Part shown: piece after piece, positions 1 to 13,109 of the stretch
How the letters are laid out: every line of letters starts with the position of its first letter
Numbering within the stretch: the first letter of the stretch is position 1
Assembly (NCBI GenBank): GCA_002811645.1
Contig: PDIP01000091.1
Span: 1 to 40,068 of the forward strand
DNA length: 40,068 bases
Direction: 5' to 3'
Source of the DNA: Corallochytrium limacisporum Hawaii
Lineage: Eukaryota; Protista; Pluriformea
Notes under the pieces: model-generated
The model's input: only the letters and a program-made list of their open reading frames with translations
Database searches by the model: none
Told to the model about the DNA's origin: nothing
Made by a program: the position numbers and the translations under genes

Positions 1-87
1 AATAGAAAATAGAAAATAGAAAAAAGAGAATCACTGCAAGTTCAACTGCAAGTTCACACACACTATCTCCTACACACCCACAAAATT
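1..87. repeat. Left terminal inverted repeat (partial)
   Basis: Exact reverse complement of 39730-39816. Contains (AATAGAA)n and a tandem ACTGCAAGTTCA x2 at 33-56. Confidence 0.92.
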
Positions 88-155
88 TAATTGATTTAAT
101 TTAGTTAAATAAATTAAAGTTTTTTTTATAGTTTAATCTATTTAAATCAATTAAA
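86..155 (-). terminator. AT-rich stem-loop after cob, at the inner TIR boundary
   Basis: TTTAATTGATTTAA (86-99) is a perfect inverted repeat of TTAAATCAATTAAA (142-155) and overlaps the cob stop codon. Function is inferred. Confidence 0.4.
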
Positions 156-1293
156 GTTTTAATAATTTGTTTTCTAGAACTCCTGAAACTGGTATTACTA
201 CTAAGAAATACGCGAAGTATGTTACTGTAGCAATTTGTCCAATTTCAACAAAAGGAGATTCTGGATGAAGTCCTCCAATTCATGTAAGAATTGCAAAGTT
301 AGCGACGAATAATCAGAATAATTTTCGTGAAATAGGTCGGAACGCATTAGATCGAATTTTACTTGTGTGAACGTAAGGTAAAATAAGTAAAATAAGAATT
401 GATCCAACCATAGCTAATACTCCAAGTCCTTTGTTAGGAATTGATCGAAGAATAGCATAAGCGAATAAGAAGTATCATTCCGGAACAATTCTAGCTGGAG
501 TTACAAGTGGTTGTGCAACAACGTAGTTATCAGGGTGTCCTAGTAAGTTAGGTGCGAAGAATACGAATGTTGAGAAGAATAAGAAGAATAGAACCATTCC
601 CATAATATCTTTAGAAGAGTAGTATGGTGTGAATGGAATCTTATCAATATTAGATTCTAATCCTGTTGGGTTATTACTTCCATATTGGTGAAGTGTTAAA
701 ATATGAAGAATAGTGAATAACGCAATAACAAAAGGAAGTAAGAAATGAATAGCAAAGAATCGGTTTAGAGTAGGTTGGTCAACACTGAACCCTCCTCAAA
801 TTCATTGAACAATTTCAGTACCAACAACAGGGATAGCCGATAACATATTAGTAATAACAGTAGCACCTCAGAATGACATTTGTCCTCAAGGTAAAACGTA
901 ACCAATGAAAGATGTTCCCATTAAAAGTAAAAATAGAACAACTCCAATAGCTCATACTAATTCTCGAGGTGATGTATATGATCCATAATACATACCTCGT
1001 GCAGTGTGAATATAAATTAGGATAAAGAACATAGAAGCTCCATTAGCGTGAATATATCGAATAAGTCAACCGAAGCTAACATCTCGCATAATGTGTTCTA
1101 CAGAGTAGAATGCAAGATCAACATGTGCGATATAGTGCATAGCTAGGAAGAAACCGGAAGCGATTTGAACAACTAAGATAATACCTAATAAAGATCCAAA
1201 GTTTCATAATGTACTAATATTAGCAGGTGTAGCATAGTCTACAAGTAAATCATTACCAATTCTAAGAATAGCTTGATTTTTTCGAATCATCAT
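151..1293 (-). CDS. cob: Apocytochrome b (380 aa)
   Basis: With TGA=W: [39 protein letters not shown] and [19 protein letters not shown] at 151-153. Confidence 0.98.
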
Positions 1294-1348
1294 AAATAAA
1301 TTATAAATGATAAATTGTAAAAATATCTCAAATAAGATTGAGAATATT

Positions 1349-1423
1349 TCAGGACAGGAGGAGTCGAACCTCCGAACTAAGGTCCCAAACCCTAGGCCGC
1401 AACCGCACAACGACAATATCCTG
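1349..1423 (-). tRNA. trnP: tRNA-Pro(UGG)
   Basis: Acceptor CAGGATA/TGTCCTG, anticodon loop TTTGGGA, T-loop TTCGACT. D-loop is atypical. Confidence 0.85.
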
Positions 1424-1441
1424 GATTAGTGTGACCAAAAG

Positions 1442-2020
1442 TTATTTTTGTCGTGACAATGCTTTTTTAGGATCAGTATGTGTTTGTTTTCATAATTCCT
1501 GAAAATTTTGGAATTGTGGTTGTGCTGTAGTAGTAAGCACAAGAGCTGCAACCATAGCAATTAATAATAAAATAGATGCAAGGATAACAGCAAAAGGGAA
1601 TTGATTGTAAAGTGCAATTCCAATATAATGTACTGGTTTAAGTGTAGAGATTAATGATGATCATTGTAATGAAACAGGTAAGAACATAGAATCTGATGAT
1701 AATGGAATAACAGCAGATCTAGTTAAAGTAAAGAAAAGGATCCCAAGTAAGAATCCAACAGGCAAGTATCGTGTAAGATTTTCATTAATTTCAATAGTTT
1801 TAATGTGTAGCATCATAACTACAAATAAGAATAAAATAGCAACAGCACCAACAGAAATAATTACAATTAGAGCAGCGATAAAATCGATACCTAAAAATAA
1901 GAATAAAGCAGTGGATGCTACAAAAGTAAGAATAAGTCATAGAACAGAATGAACTGGAATTTTTGAATTAATAACCATCAATGCAGAGAATAGTGCAATT
2001 GAGAAAAAGAATGCTAGCAT
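1442..2020 (-). CDS. nad6: NADH dehydrogenase subunit 6 (192 aa)
   Basis: KIPVHSVLWLILTF and VGAVAILFLFVVMML motifs. The ATG directly abuts trnR. Confidence 0.95.
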
Positions 2021-2093
2021 TAGGCAACTGAAGGATTTGAACCCCCATTTCATGGTTCGAAGCCATGCGTTCTACCATTAAACTAAGCAGCCT
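2021..2093 (-). tRNA. trnR: tRNA-Arg(UCG), the only Arg tRNA found
   Basis: Anticodon arm CATGG-CTTCGAA-CCATG. Confidence 0.93.
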
Positions 2094-2106
2094 GTACTAG
2101 TGTATT

Positions 2107-2188
2107 TCGGAGCGAAGGGACTTGAACCCCCATGAAAGAATTCAATGGTTCCTAAAACCACCGCGTCTACCAATTTCGCCACGCTCCG
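2107..2188 (-). tRNA. trnL: tRNA-Leu(UAG)
   Basis: Anticodon arm GTGGT-TTTAGGA-ACCAT with a long variable arm. Confidence 0.95.
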
Positions 2189-2209
2189 AACACAATAATA
2201 TGATAAGAT

Positions 2210-2282
2210 TGGAGAGAGGAGGACTTGAACCTCCAACCTTCACGATGCAAACATGCTGCACTACCAATTGTGCTATCTCCCC
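2210..2282 (-). tRNA. trnA: tRNA-Ala(UGC)
   Basis: Acceptor GGGGAGA/TCTCTCC with G3-U70; anticodon loop TTTGCAT. Confidence 0.93.
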
Positions 2283-2305
2283 TATTTAAAGTTAAAATAA
2301 TTAAG

Positions 2306-2376
2306 TTAGGGATAGATGATTCGAACATCTATCAACTCATCCAAAGTGAGCTGCCTTACCATTAGGCCAATCCCTA
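2306..2376 (-). tRNA. trnQ: tRNA-Gln(UUG)
   Basis: Anticodon arm GCTCA-CTTTGGA-TGAGT. Confidence 0.93.
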
Positions 2377-2396
2377 TTGGAGTATTGTAATATGAA

Positions 2397-2469
2397 TAAT
2401 CTCTGAGGGGATCGAACCCTCGACCTACGGTATGTAAGACCGCCGCTCTACCTCTGAGCTAAGAGATTA
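2397..2469 (-). tRNA. trnV: tRNA-Val(UAC)
   Basis: Anticodon arm GCGGT-CTTACAT-ACCGT. Confidence 0.95.
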
Positions 2470-2470
2470 T

Positions 2471-2530
2471 TAAAAATAAAAAAATAAAAATAATAAAAAC
2501 AATAAAAACAATAAGAATAATAAAAATAAA
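2471..2530. repeat. Low-complexity A-rich tract, (AATAAAAAY)-like
   Basis: Seen directly. It would be U-rich on the transcript downstream of rns. Confidence 0.6.
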
Positions 2531-3943
2531 TTCTGACATCAACACGTTCCCGTATCGGTACCCTGTTACGCCTTAAATCATGTACTCAATAACTTAAGGT
2601 ATAATAGATTAAGTAAAAGAATATCGATTATACACATAAGTCAAGATTCTTCGACCTTGGCGGGCAGTTAGTAGCCCCGAATTGTGGAATTCACCGTGAC
2701 GTGGTAATAAGCGATTACTTTCGATTCCAACTTTACTATTTCGAGTTTCAGCTATCGATCCGAAACTGCAATTTTTATGCTGTGATTGTTATAAGTAGCA
2801 CCTCTGTAGCCCTCTCTATCAAGGGCAAATTGATCTGTCTTAGTTCTCTAGGAATTCTGGTTAACTTATGTAGAGAAGAGTTAACCTACACCCTAATTTG
2901 GCCGAGAGTGGCGTCCGTTAAAGGATCTAACCTAACAACTTAGATCACGGACAGACGACGACCTTGCACCACCTGCGATTTATCATCCTAGATTATAATT
3001 GAGGTAAGATTTCTGGCGTGATTACCAATTAAACGAGATGCTCCACCGAGCATAATTCAGGCTCTCTATTCCTTTGGTTTTTCATCTTGCGATGGTAGTG
3101 GCCGAGCGAGGTAATAATGCGTAAACAACTCCTATTGATTTATTAAGTTCAATGTAGAAGTTTCCCAGAGTTGACAGCATGGACTATAAGGGTCACTAAT
3201 CCTCTTTGATCCCCATGCCTTGGTTGTAGTACGTAGGTATTGTGATGGAAGAAAACGTTAGTTTTTTGGCTGTCCCTCAGTTAAGATATTAATATGGCAA
3301 TAGAAAATCTATGGATTGTTAATCCCTATTTCCATCAAAATTGTGTGAAGTGAAAATAGCCATAAATATATCAAAGTTCTCGACATAGTTTCCAATGCAT
3401 TTAACTGCTAAACTTAAAGTAAATATCAACCGTTCAAATACCCATAAAATATATCCTATTTTTTCTTTGATTGCAATAAAATATTTGTTTAGGTTTCTGT
3501 AAAGTATTTCCAACCCGGAACGCTCGTATAATTCTAATAGGCATGAACCAGCCGTTTAACCGCGTCTGCTGGCACGGCAATTAGACGGTTCTAATAAGAG
3601 TGACTTTCATTTTAAGTAGTACTCTGTCAGTTATTCGTACGTTAAGCAGGATCAAGCTTTCGCTCATTGTCCAAAGTCCTTCACTGCTGCAAGATAAACA
3701 GGCCAGCTCTTTAAGCTGATGTGGGTGCTGAATCACCTAATCATTTAAGTCTATATTACAACTAACGGTCCCTTGTTTTGAGAAAAAAAGTATTAAATAT
3801 ATAATAGATTATCCCTTTTCTATTATCTCTATTAACAAGGTATTACTCACCCTTAAGCTGAATCTATATTTTAGATTCAAACAAGCATGTGTATTCTTTA
3901 ACGTAAGCCTTATTAGAGAGCCAGGATCAAGCTCAGTAGTATT
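2528..3943 (-). rRNA. rns: Small subunit mitochondrial rRNA (ends approximate)
   Basis: Minus strand carries GAGCTTGATCCTGGCTC, GTGCCAGCAGACGCGG, ATTAGTGACCC, ACTAACTGCCCGCCA and CGTAACAGGGTA. No anti-Shine-Dalgarno tail. Confidence 0.96.
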
Positions 3944-3963
3944 CAAAGATTATTATGTTTTAT

Positions 3964-4045
3964 TAGGATGGGCAGGACTTGAACCTACAACGTGAAACCA
4001 CAATGGTTTTACAGACCATCGCCAAACCAATTAGGCGTCCATCCT
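3964..4045 (-). tRNA. trnY: tRNA-Tyr(GUA)
   Basis: Anticodon arm ATGGT-CTGTAAA-ACCAT with a long variable arm. Confidence 0.93.
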
Positions 4046-4078
4046 TGCTTTTTATAGCTATTATAGCTGTTATAGTAG

Positions 4079-4537
4079 TTATGCCAAATTTGCAGGTAAT
4101 GCTTTTTCTTCAAAATGTTTTTGTGAAGGATAACTACCAATTACAACTTTAGAATTAAAGGAAGCTTTAATTTTTTTGGCAGTATATAATGTGGATTTAT
4201 TGTAATGTGGTGAAACAAAAACTCTTGCACCTCCTTTGTTAATTGAAGTTCAGTGGTCCGGTTTCCCCTTACCTTTTCCCATCATAGCTCCTAATGGTTT
4301 TTTAGTTAGTAATAAATTAGGAAAAGGCTGAATGAAAAATGAATATTGTTTCTTTCCACGTTTTTTTAAGGTTGATTTAGCAACCTTAAACATTAGTCAA
4401 ATAATTGAGTGAGGGATTTCTCTCCTTTTTGTTAGATACAGAAAAAAGTTAGCAATAGGAAATGAGGTGTTTGGTAAAGCAGTTTTTCGTTGTCGTTGGA
4501 ATAGTATTCGTTTTTTATTTTTAGGAGTATATGGCAA
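4079..4537 (-). CDS. rpl16: Ribosomal protein uL16 (about 152 aa, TTG start)
   Basis: FPNLLLTKKPLGAMMGKGKGKPDHW matches the uL16 motif FP....T.KP...RMGKGKG...W. Confidence 0.9.
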
Positions 4538-4680
4538 CTATAGTTGATAAATTATATATTATTAAATATTGGTGATAATTGAAATACTCCACCCTACCAC
4601 CCCTTACCAATAATTAATATGAAATTATAAAGTAATATAGTATTTCAATCATGTCAATTTTTAGTTTTTTCTTTTTATAA

Positions 4681-6666
4681 TTAAGATTTTTTAATAAAAT
4701 AATTAGAAATCTCTTGGGATGGTTTGCCGAGTTTTTTATGAGGCATAAGATGTTTCATTATAGCAGGTGTTCAGTCTAAAAAATCATCACCATTGTCATT
4801 AATATATTTTGGTGCATTTTTTATGTTATTTCCCACAATGTTTAAGCTATTCTCTTTATTATATTTGCCTTTAAGATCATCTATAAACTTAAAAAACTCA
4901 GATGATCAATCATTAGTTTTTTTATCAAATTGATAAAAAAATTTTATAACTTGTCATAGGTTAGTATTATATGTATCATCACTTGGTCTATAAACAGTAT
5001 GTTCTTTAGTTGGTTTGAGATAATTAGGGTTAATTGAAAATAATTGTGAAGATAATAATGCTAAATCAAAGTCAAATAAAGTTAATGGAAATGGTGAAAA
5101 AACGTAAAGATATTGTAACATAGCTTGATTATTAGGATTTTCAAAGATATGTTGTGTTCTATAATCTATTTTTTGTGTATTAATAGTTTCTCTTCAGTGG
5201 GTTCCTCCATATTCAGCAGCTAGATGTGCATGAGTTTTTATCATCTCTGTATCAAAAAATACAGGTGAAGGAGGTGTAAGACAATGCTTAAAAGATTTAT
5301 CTTCACCTCATGGGTCAACAGAGTAAGTATTTTGAAGAACATCACCAAAATACGGATATAGTGGATTAGTTCTAACAGGTAGTACTGTATGATCTTTATC
5401 ATTTAGAACAATATTATGTAATCGCATGTGAAGCATATAGGTTGGAATTCCTTCGTTGGTTACCATTTTACTTAACAATTGTAATGCTGGTTTAGTATCT
5501 GGTGTTTTTGTAAGTAGTGTAGATTTGGAAACAATAGAAGGAGGGAAATATTGGAAATTAAGGTTGACTGGCATAGTCTCTTTTAGATTGGGCTGCATAT
5601 ATTCATCTTGTCATCAAAATCCAGCCATACTATCTCAAAAAGCTCGAGAGATTCCTAATTGGTTATTAAAGTATTGTTTTAAATGGTTTGGTATTCCAGG
5701 TCTACCATCTGCTTTTTTATCTACAATATATTGTTGATCATTAATAGTAGGGTTTCCATTTTTTAACAAGATTTCTTTAATGCTTTCTTTATTAGGTCCG
5801 ACTTTATTATATTTCTTAGATTTGAAGCCGTCTTCAAGTCCGGGAATAGATTGTAAAGTGGGATAATAAAAATAACAATTAGACAGAAATTTTACAGGAA
5901 TCCACATAAAGTGTACTCCACTTTTAGAGAGTTGCATTAAGTGCTTGTACATAGCTGCAATTATCTGTGGGTTTTGTCCGCTTTTTTTCAAACATTGAAT
6001 TTCGTAATCAAACGGCTCCCTAAATGATTTCGGCTGAATTAAACAGGGCACTCATGTTCAATGTGGTGAGTAAAATGAGGATCCAATGATTGGTTCATCA
6101 TATCCTTTTTGAATTGGAAATGCCTTATAAAAGCGAGCCTTTAAAGGACCACCTCTAACAATAGGCAAAGTTTTAATATTAGAAAATATGTTATTTTGAA
6201 ATAAGTTATTATAATTATCAATTTTATAACTTATTTGGTAGTTATAACTAGCTTTTTTTCCTGTGTTACCCAACTGTTCATAAATACTATTCTGTTTTAT
6301 TCCTAAATAATTAGTTAAAACAGGAATAGGAGAATATAGCTCATCATTAGAAGTTGGATAAGCATTATATTTAACAGTAGCGTATTTATAATTAGAATTT
6401 TTTTCATTAAGTTGAAGAACCAAAAATAGTTTACCTTTTACTTCACTTAGTTTTATTGATGAATCAAAGGCAATAGATTTAGAAGTGTCTTCAGTAAATT
6501 TAGGTCAGAGAACATTATTAGCTTTTTGTAACTCTGAAGCAATTTTTCTATTCTTATCAGCAGTAACAATAGCTGCTTTTAAAGGAATAGGTACATAAGT
6601 ATCGGAACCGGCAACAAAATTAAATACAATAAGGAATGGCAATTTATCAGATGTATTATTTATCAT
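4681..6666 (-). CDS. Unidentified ORF661
   Basis: One uninterrupted frame with TGA=W, from ATG 6666 to TAA 4681. It joins the track ORFs 6058-6423, 5635-6051 and 5308-5598. No motif recognised. Confidence 0.85.
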
Positions 6667-6686
6667 CAAGAATTAATAGTAAAAAA

Positions 6687-6769
6687 CGAGAGGAGGGAGA
6701 TTCGAACTCCCGATGGTGTTACCCAACCCTTAGAAGGGGTTCGCAATAAGCCAACTATGCGATCCTCTC
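6687..6769 (-). tRNA. trnS: tRNA-Ser(UCU): serine-type body with an AGA/AGG-reading anticodon
   Basis: Anticodon arm AACCC-CTTCTAA-GGGTT, long variable arm and G73 discriminator. Closely similar to trnS(GCU) at 19091-19173. Confidence 0.92.
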
Positions 6770-6847
6770 ATTCTGTGTCTCTCCATAATAGTATTATTTT
6801 ATTTTAAATGATAATTGTATAGATATAAAATAAATAGATATTAAAAT

Positions 6848-7636
6848 TTATAAACCTGCTCAGAAGTAAACTGATAAATAAACTCCAATTCATGCAACAT
6901 CAAGGAAGTGTCAGTATAAGATAGCTGCTTCTGCTCCTTGGTGGTGATCAACAGTATAATGGTGTCATACTGCTCGCAGTAGTGCAACAAAGATAAATGT
7001 TGTACCAACAATCATATGGCATCCGTGGAATCCTGTTAAAGTGAAGAAAGTAGAACCATAAACACTATCTCTAATTGAGAATGGTGCTTCAAAATATTCG
7101 AATGCCTGAAGTAAAACAAAGATAGCACCTAGAGTGGCAGTAGCTGTTAGACCAGCAATAGTATCTGCTCGGTTACCAGCTAGTAATCCGTGGTGTGCTC
7201 ATGTAACAGTAGCTCCAGATGACAGTAGAATAATTGTATTCAGTAATGGAACTGAAAATGGATCGAAAATTTCTACTCCAGCGGGTGGTCATTGTGCTCC
7301 AATTTCAACAGTTGGAGAAAGAGATGAATGAAAGAAAGCTCAAAAGAATGAGAAGAATACTAAAGCTTCAGAAAGAACAAATAAAATGAAACCTAATTTA
7401 AGTCCTTTTTGAGTAACAAGAGTATGGTCCCCAAGGAATGTAGCTTCTCGTGTAATATCTCGTACTCATACGATAAATGTAAGAGTTAATAAAATAAATG
7501 CTAAAAAAGCTAGTAGTCCACCTTCTAAAAATCGGTGGAATCACATAACTAATCCTGTTGTGAACCCTAAAGCTGCGAATGATGCAACCATTGGTCATGG
7601 TGATGGTGTAACAAGATGATAAGGTTGATGTAAAAT
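6848..7636 (-). CDS. cox3: Cytochrome c oxidase subunit 3 (non-ATG start: ATT 7636 or ACG 7639)
   Basis: [35 protein letters not shown] and YWHFLDVAW. In-frame TAA at 7652-7654 just upstream. Confidence 0.97.
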
Positions 7637-7735
7637 CGTATATTTTTTATATTATCAATATTGAAAGTGATATAAATATTGATATAGATGTTACTAATAG
7701 AAAAAAAATAAAAATATTTATATAAGTATTTTTAT

Positions 7736-8479
7736 TTATTCTTCGAATTGTGCAGTTACTCAAGCAATATAGTCATTAACTTTAGCTGCTTCAATAACAA
7801 TAGGCATACCAGAGTGTTCAACTCCACATAATTCATAACATGCTCCAGCTAGTAGAGTAGGTCGTTTAACTAAGAATGATGATTGGTTAAGTCGTCCTGG
7901 AATGGCATCAATTTTAACTCCTAAAGAAGGAACAGATCATGCATGTAATACATCAGCAGATCCAACAATCATTCGGATATGTGTATTAACAGGAACTACA
8001 ACTCGGTTATCAACTTCGATCATTCGTAGATCAGAGTCTTCTAAGTCATCTTCTGCTACCATATATGAATCGAATTCAAGTCCTTCTCCGTCTTCATTAA
8101 AATAATCAGAGTATTCGTATGATCAGTATCATTGGTGTCCTACAGCTTTAATAGTGATAATAGGTGTAATACATTCATCCATAAGATATAAAAGTTTGAA
8201 TCTTGGGAATGCAATAGCAACTAGAACTAAAGCTGGAGAAATTGTTCAAATAACCTCGATAAGTGATCCGTGTGTCATATGTTTTTCTGAATAAACTTTA
8301 TTAGTATTATTATACTTGATAATAATTCGCATCATTACTCAGAATACTAATGTAACAATACCAACAAGGTAAAACATAATTTGGTCGTGTAAAGATAAGA
8401 TTTCTTCCGCAATAGGTCTGGCTGGATTTTGGAATCCTAGCGCTCATGGTGTTGGGATATCAAATAAAAAATTAAGCAT
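7736..8479 (-). CDS. cox2: Cytochrome c oxidase subunit 2 (247 aa)
   Basis: [36 protein letters not shown] and CuA motif [12 protein letters not shown]. Confidence 0.98.
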
Positions 8480-8576
8480 CTCAAAAAATTAACCATTGTA
8501 AATAATTTGAAGAAAAAGAAATATTAAATTTTCTAATTCTTGTTAAAAATAAACTTAAAATAAATAAGCAATTAAG

Positions 8577-8606
8577 ATATAATAGATAAGATATTATCTA
8601 TTATAT
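8577..8606 (-). terminator. Perfect 13-bp hairpin downstream of cox1
   Basis: ATATAATAGATAA-GATA-TTATCTATTATAT, about 15 nt past the cox1 stop. A processing or stability role is inferred. Confidence 0.5.
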
Positions 8607-8621
8607 GTATATATGTATATA

Positions 8622-10283
<1,662 letters not shown>

Positions 10284-10340
10284 TTATTAAGCTGGAGTCA
10301 TGTTAATTTTTATTAAGTTAATTTTAATGGGTTATGTTAA

Positions 10341-10414
10341 GGCGAACTAGAGGATTTGAACCTCTGTCTATAAAGCCACAATCTATTGTTCTAACCAACT
10401 AAACTAAGCCCGCC
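10341..10414 (-). tRNA. trnH: tRNA-His(GUG)
   Basis: Anticodon loop TTGTGGC; encoded G-1 opposite C73. Confidence 0.92.
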
Positions 10415-10475
10415 CAGATGTTTTTATTTTTTATTTTGTTTTTTTATTTATTATATTTTAACAACTATGTGTTAA

Positions 10476-10718
<243 letters not shown>

Positions 10719-10750
10719 TTATAAAATTCTATAAATTAAAATTAGTTTAT

Positions 10751-12817
10751 TTAGGTTTTATTCCTGTTTTTTAGTAAAATTCATAACTTGGTTTCCCAAA
10801 GTAATTCAGTTTTTAGTTTTATTAAAAGAGAGTTTTCTGTATTTTTCCTAGTTTTTTCTAATCTTTTAATATACTCTCCTTTTTTAATAATAAAATTCTT
10901 TAGCTGATTTAATTTTGTATCATTTACTATAATTTTATTTCTTATAGCTAAAGGTAAATTATAGTTATAAATATTTGATTTTGTTACTTTATTATCTATA
11001 ATTGGGTTAAATTGATAATCTTCAACAAGTTTTAATTTGATGTAAATTTGTGAGTTTTTGATATAATAAATTCGAACTATGTTTCATGCAGTAAAATTAT
11101 TACTATAGTTAAGTTTTATAGTATGTAACAATTCTTTATAAAAAGTTGAATTTAATCTATCAGCATAATTAAAAGGAATATCATATTTTTTTAATTTTAG
11201 ATTTTTCAAGTTCTGGAAATCTAGCCTAATAATAGCTGTAACAGGGTAATTAGTATCTACTCTGTATACGTTTATTGTCAGCCCATTAAAGTTAATTTTT
11301 AAGGGCGTATTAAAATAATGTTTTTGTTTTTCAATAAAAGGTTTATCTAAATTATCATTAGAATAAACAGATTCTAATAAATTAATAAATAAATTTGATT
11401 TACCAATTTCTGTTGTAAAAGGATGTACTTTATCTATATATAGTTGGTAAAAATCAGTTGGTAAACTAAATTGGTTTAAATAATTTTCTTTATTCATACC
11501 AAATTTTTTAAGCATTAGATTTTTTTTAATTAGTAATCTATCTGCTTTTTCATTTAGGGCTATATTGATGATTTGATTAATTTTATCAGTATTTAATTTT
11601 ATTTTTTTTAAAGCCTTATTTAGGCGTTTATATTTATAATTGATTAATTTTCTATCATAGCTATATAAGGTATGATAAATATTGAATTTTTCAGAAGCAT
11701 TTTTTTTCAAATAGTGACCTTGGCTGAGTTCCCAAAAATCTGTTTTTACCTTTAAATCATATTCTGCCCCAGATCATTTAAAATCAATTAATTCTTGGTT
11801 TAATGGCCTAAAATGGACATCATGAATTCTTTTAGGTACAAAAACTCGATGAAATTTATGATTTTTTTTATAGCGGTGCAATTTAACTGGACGTAATGGG
11901 TAATCCCTTGAAGTGGAATCATAAATAGACTGAAGTAAACTCGATTTAGAATTAATTCTAGCAGGAGAATAATATCTGTCAAATCATTTTATAAAAGGAT
12001 TATATTTATAAGAGTCAGTATTTGAATCAGTTTTTGCCTTGTGATCAATAAAGAAATTTCTTTTTCGAAATCTATCATAGATAGGGAGCATACCAGAATG
12101 TAAATATCTTATTTTTTCTAATTTATGAATATTAAATGAAGAAGTTTTAAAAAATGGAAGTTGTTTATATAAAATATTTTTAAATAGTAGATTATAATTA
12201 TTTTTAGAGTATTTAGAATTTTTATACAGTTTATTGTTAATTTCATCTAAAACGGCTATTAATTGATTTTTATACTGAAGTTTAAAATATTTATAAATAG
12301 ATCATTTGTTATCAAATACCTGATTTTTATTATTAATATTAAAAAGAGTAATATTGAAAATAGGTCTATTAATAAGTTTAGTTCCTCGATTACGTTTATT
12401 TAAAAATTTACGCTTTCTATATTGTTTAGAATATTCAAGTTTATAATTTGGATTATCTTTTTCATCAAGATGTAATAGATCTAAATTTTGTGGTTTAGCA
12501 AAGCTTGCTTTAACACTTTTTTTAAATCTTCAAAAAGTAGCTAAATTATGTCCAGGTGTAATTGAAAAGAAAATAGTACCTTTATTACGTTCTAATAGCT
12601 GGAATGGTTTTTTAGTATATAAAATATTTTTATTTAAAACAGTAAGTACCATTTCCGGTGATTTTTGTAAAAAGACGGAATTTATTTGTCTTAAAAGAAT
12701 AAAAGGGTTTTCAACATATGTAAGAGTATCAACATCATTTGAATAACCTGTAATTCTATTAATAATAGATTGTAACGATTTAGCGTTTTTATCTTTAGAA
12801 TATTGTTGTGAAAGCAT
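10751..12817 (-). CDS. Basic ORF688; possibly a highly expanded ribosomal protein (weakly uS2-like N-terminus)
   Basis: Single open frame with TGA=W, ATG 12817 to TAA 10751, rich in K and N. VLNKNILYTKKPFQLLESNKGTIFF is only loosely like uS2. Confidence 0.75.
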
Positions 12818-12820
12818 ATA

Positions 12821-12891
12821 GTGCAAGAGCTGGAGTCGAACCAACATACAAGCGTGATGAGCGCTCTGGTTTACCATTAACCTATCCTGCA
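12821..12891 (-). tRNA. trnM: tRNA-Met(CAU), possibly the initiator
   Basis: Anticodon arm GAGCG-CTCATCA-CGCTT; acceptor TGCAGGA/TCTTGCA. Confidence 0.85.
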
Positions 12892-12905
12892 AAAAAGTCA
12901 ATAAT

Positions 12906-12978
12906 AGACTCTGGAAGGACTTGAACCTTCAACCTAACGGTTAACAGCCGTGCGCTCTACCGATTGAGCTACAAAGTC
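12906..12978 (-). tRNA. trnN: tRNA-Asn(GUU)
   Basis: Anticodon arm ACGG-CTGTTAA-CCGT. Confidence 0.94.
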
Positions 12979-12997
12979 TAAATATGGTTATAATGGT

Positions 12998-13068
12998 CGA
13001 GGACAACGGGAATCGAACCCGTATCAGCCGAGAGACAGTCGGCGATTCTACCATTAAACTATATCCCC
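12998..13068 (-). tRNA. trnD: tRNA-Asp(GUC)
   Basis: Anticodon arm GCCGA-CTGTCTC-TCGGC. Confidence 0.94.
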
Positions 13069-13109
13069 AGTTAAAAGAAATAAAATTAAGTCAGCAATAT
13101 GTGAAATTT

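Noticed and set aside
2701-3513. Track ORFs 2701-2943 and 3319-3513
   Set aside because: They lie inside rns and are chance frames.
3556-3588. rns 530-loop change C525A as a functional defect
   Set aside because: The pseudoknot partner is changed to match (GTC pairs with GAC), so the structure is kept.
12818-12901. Track start at 12901 for ORF688
   Set aside because: It runs through trnM. ATG 12817 is the first start after the tRNA.
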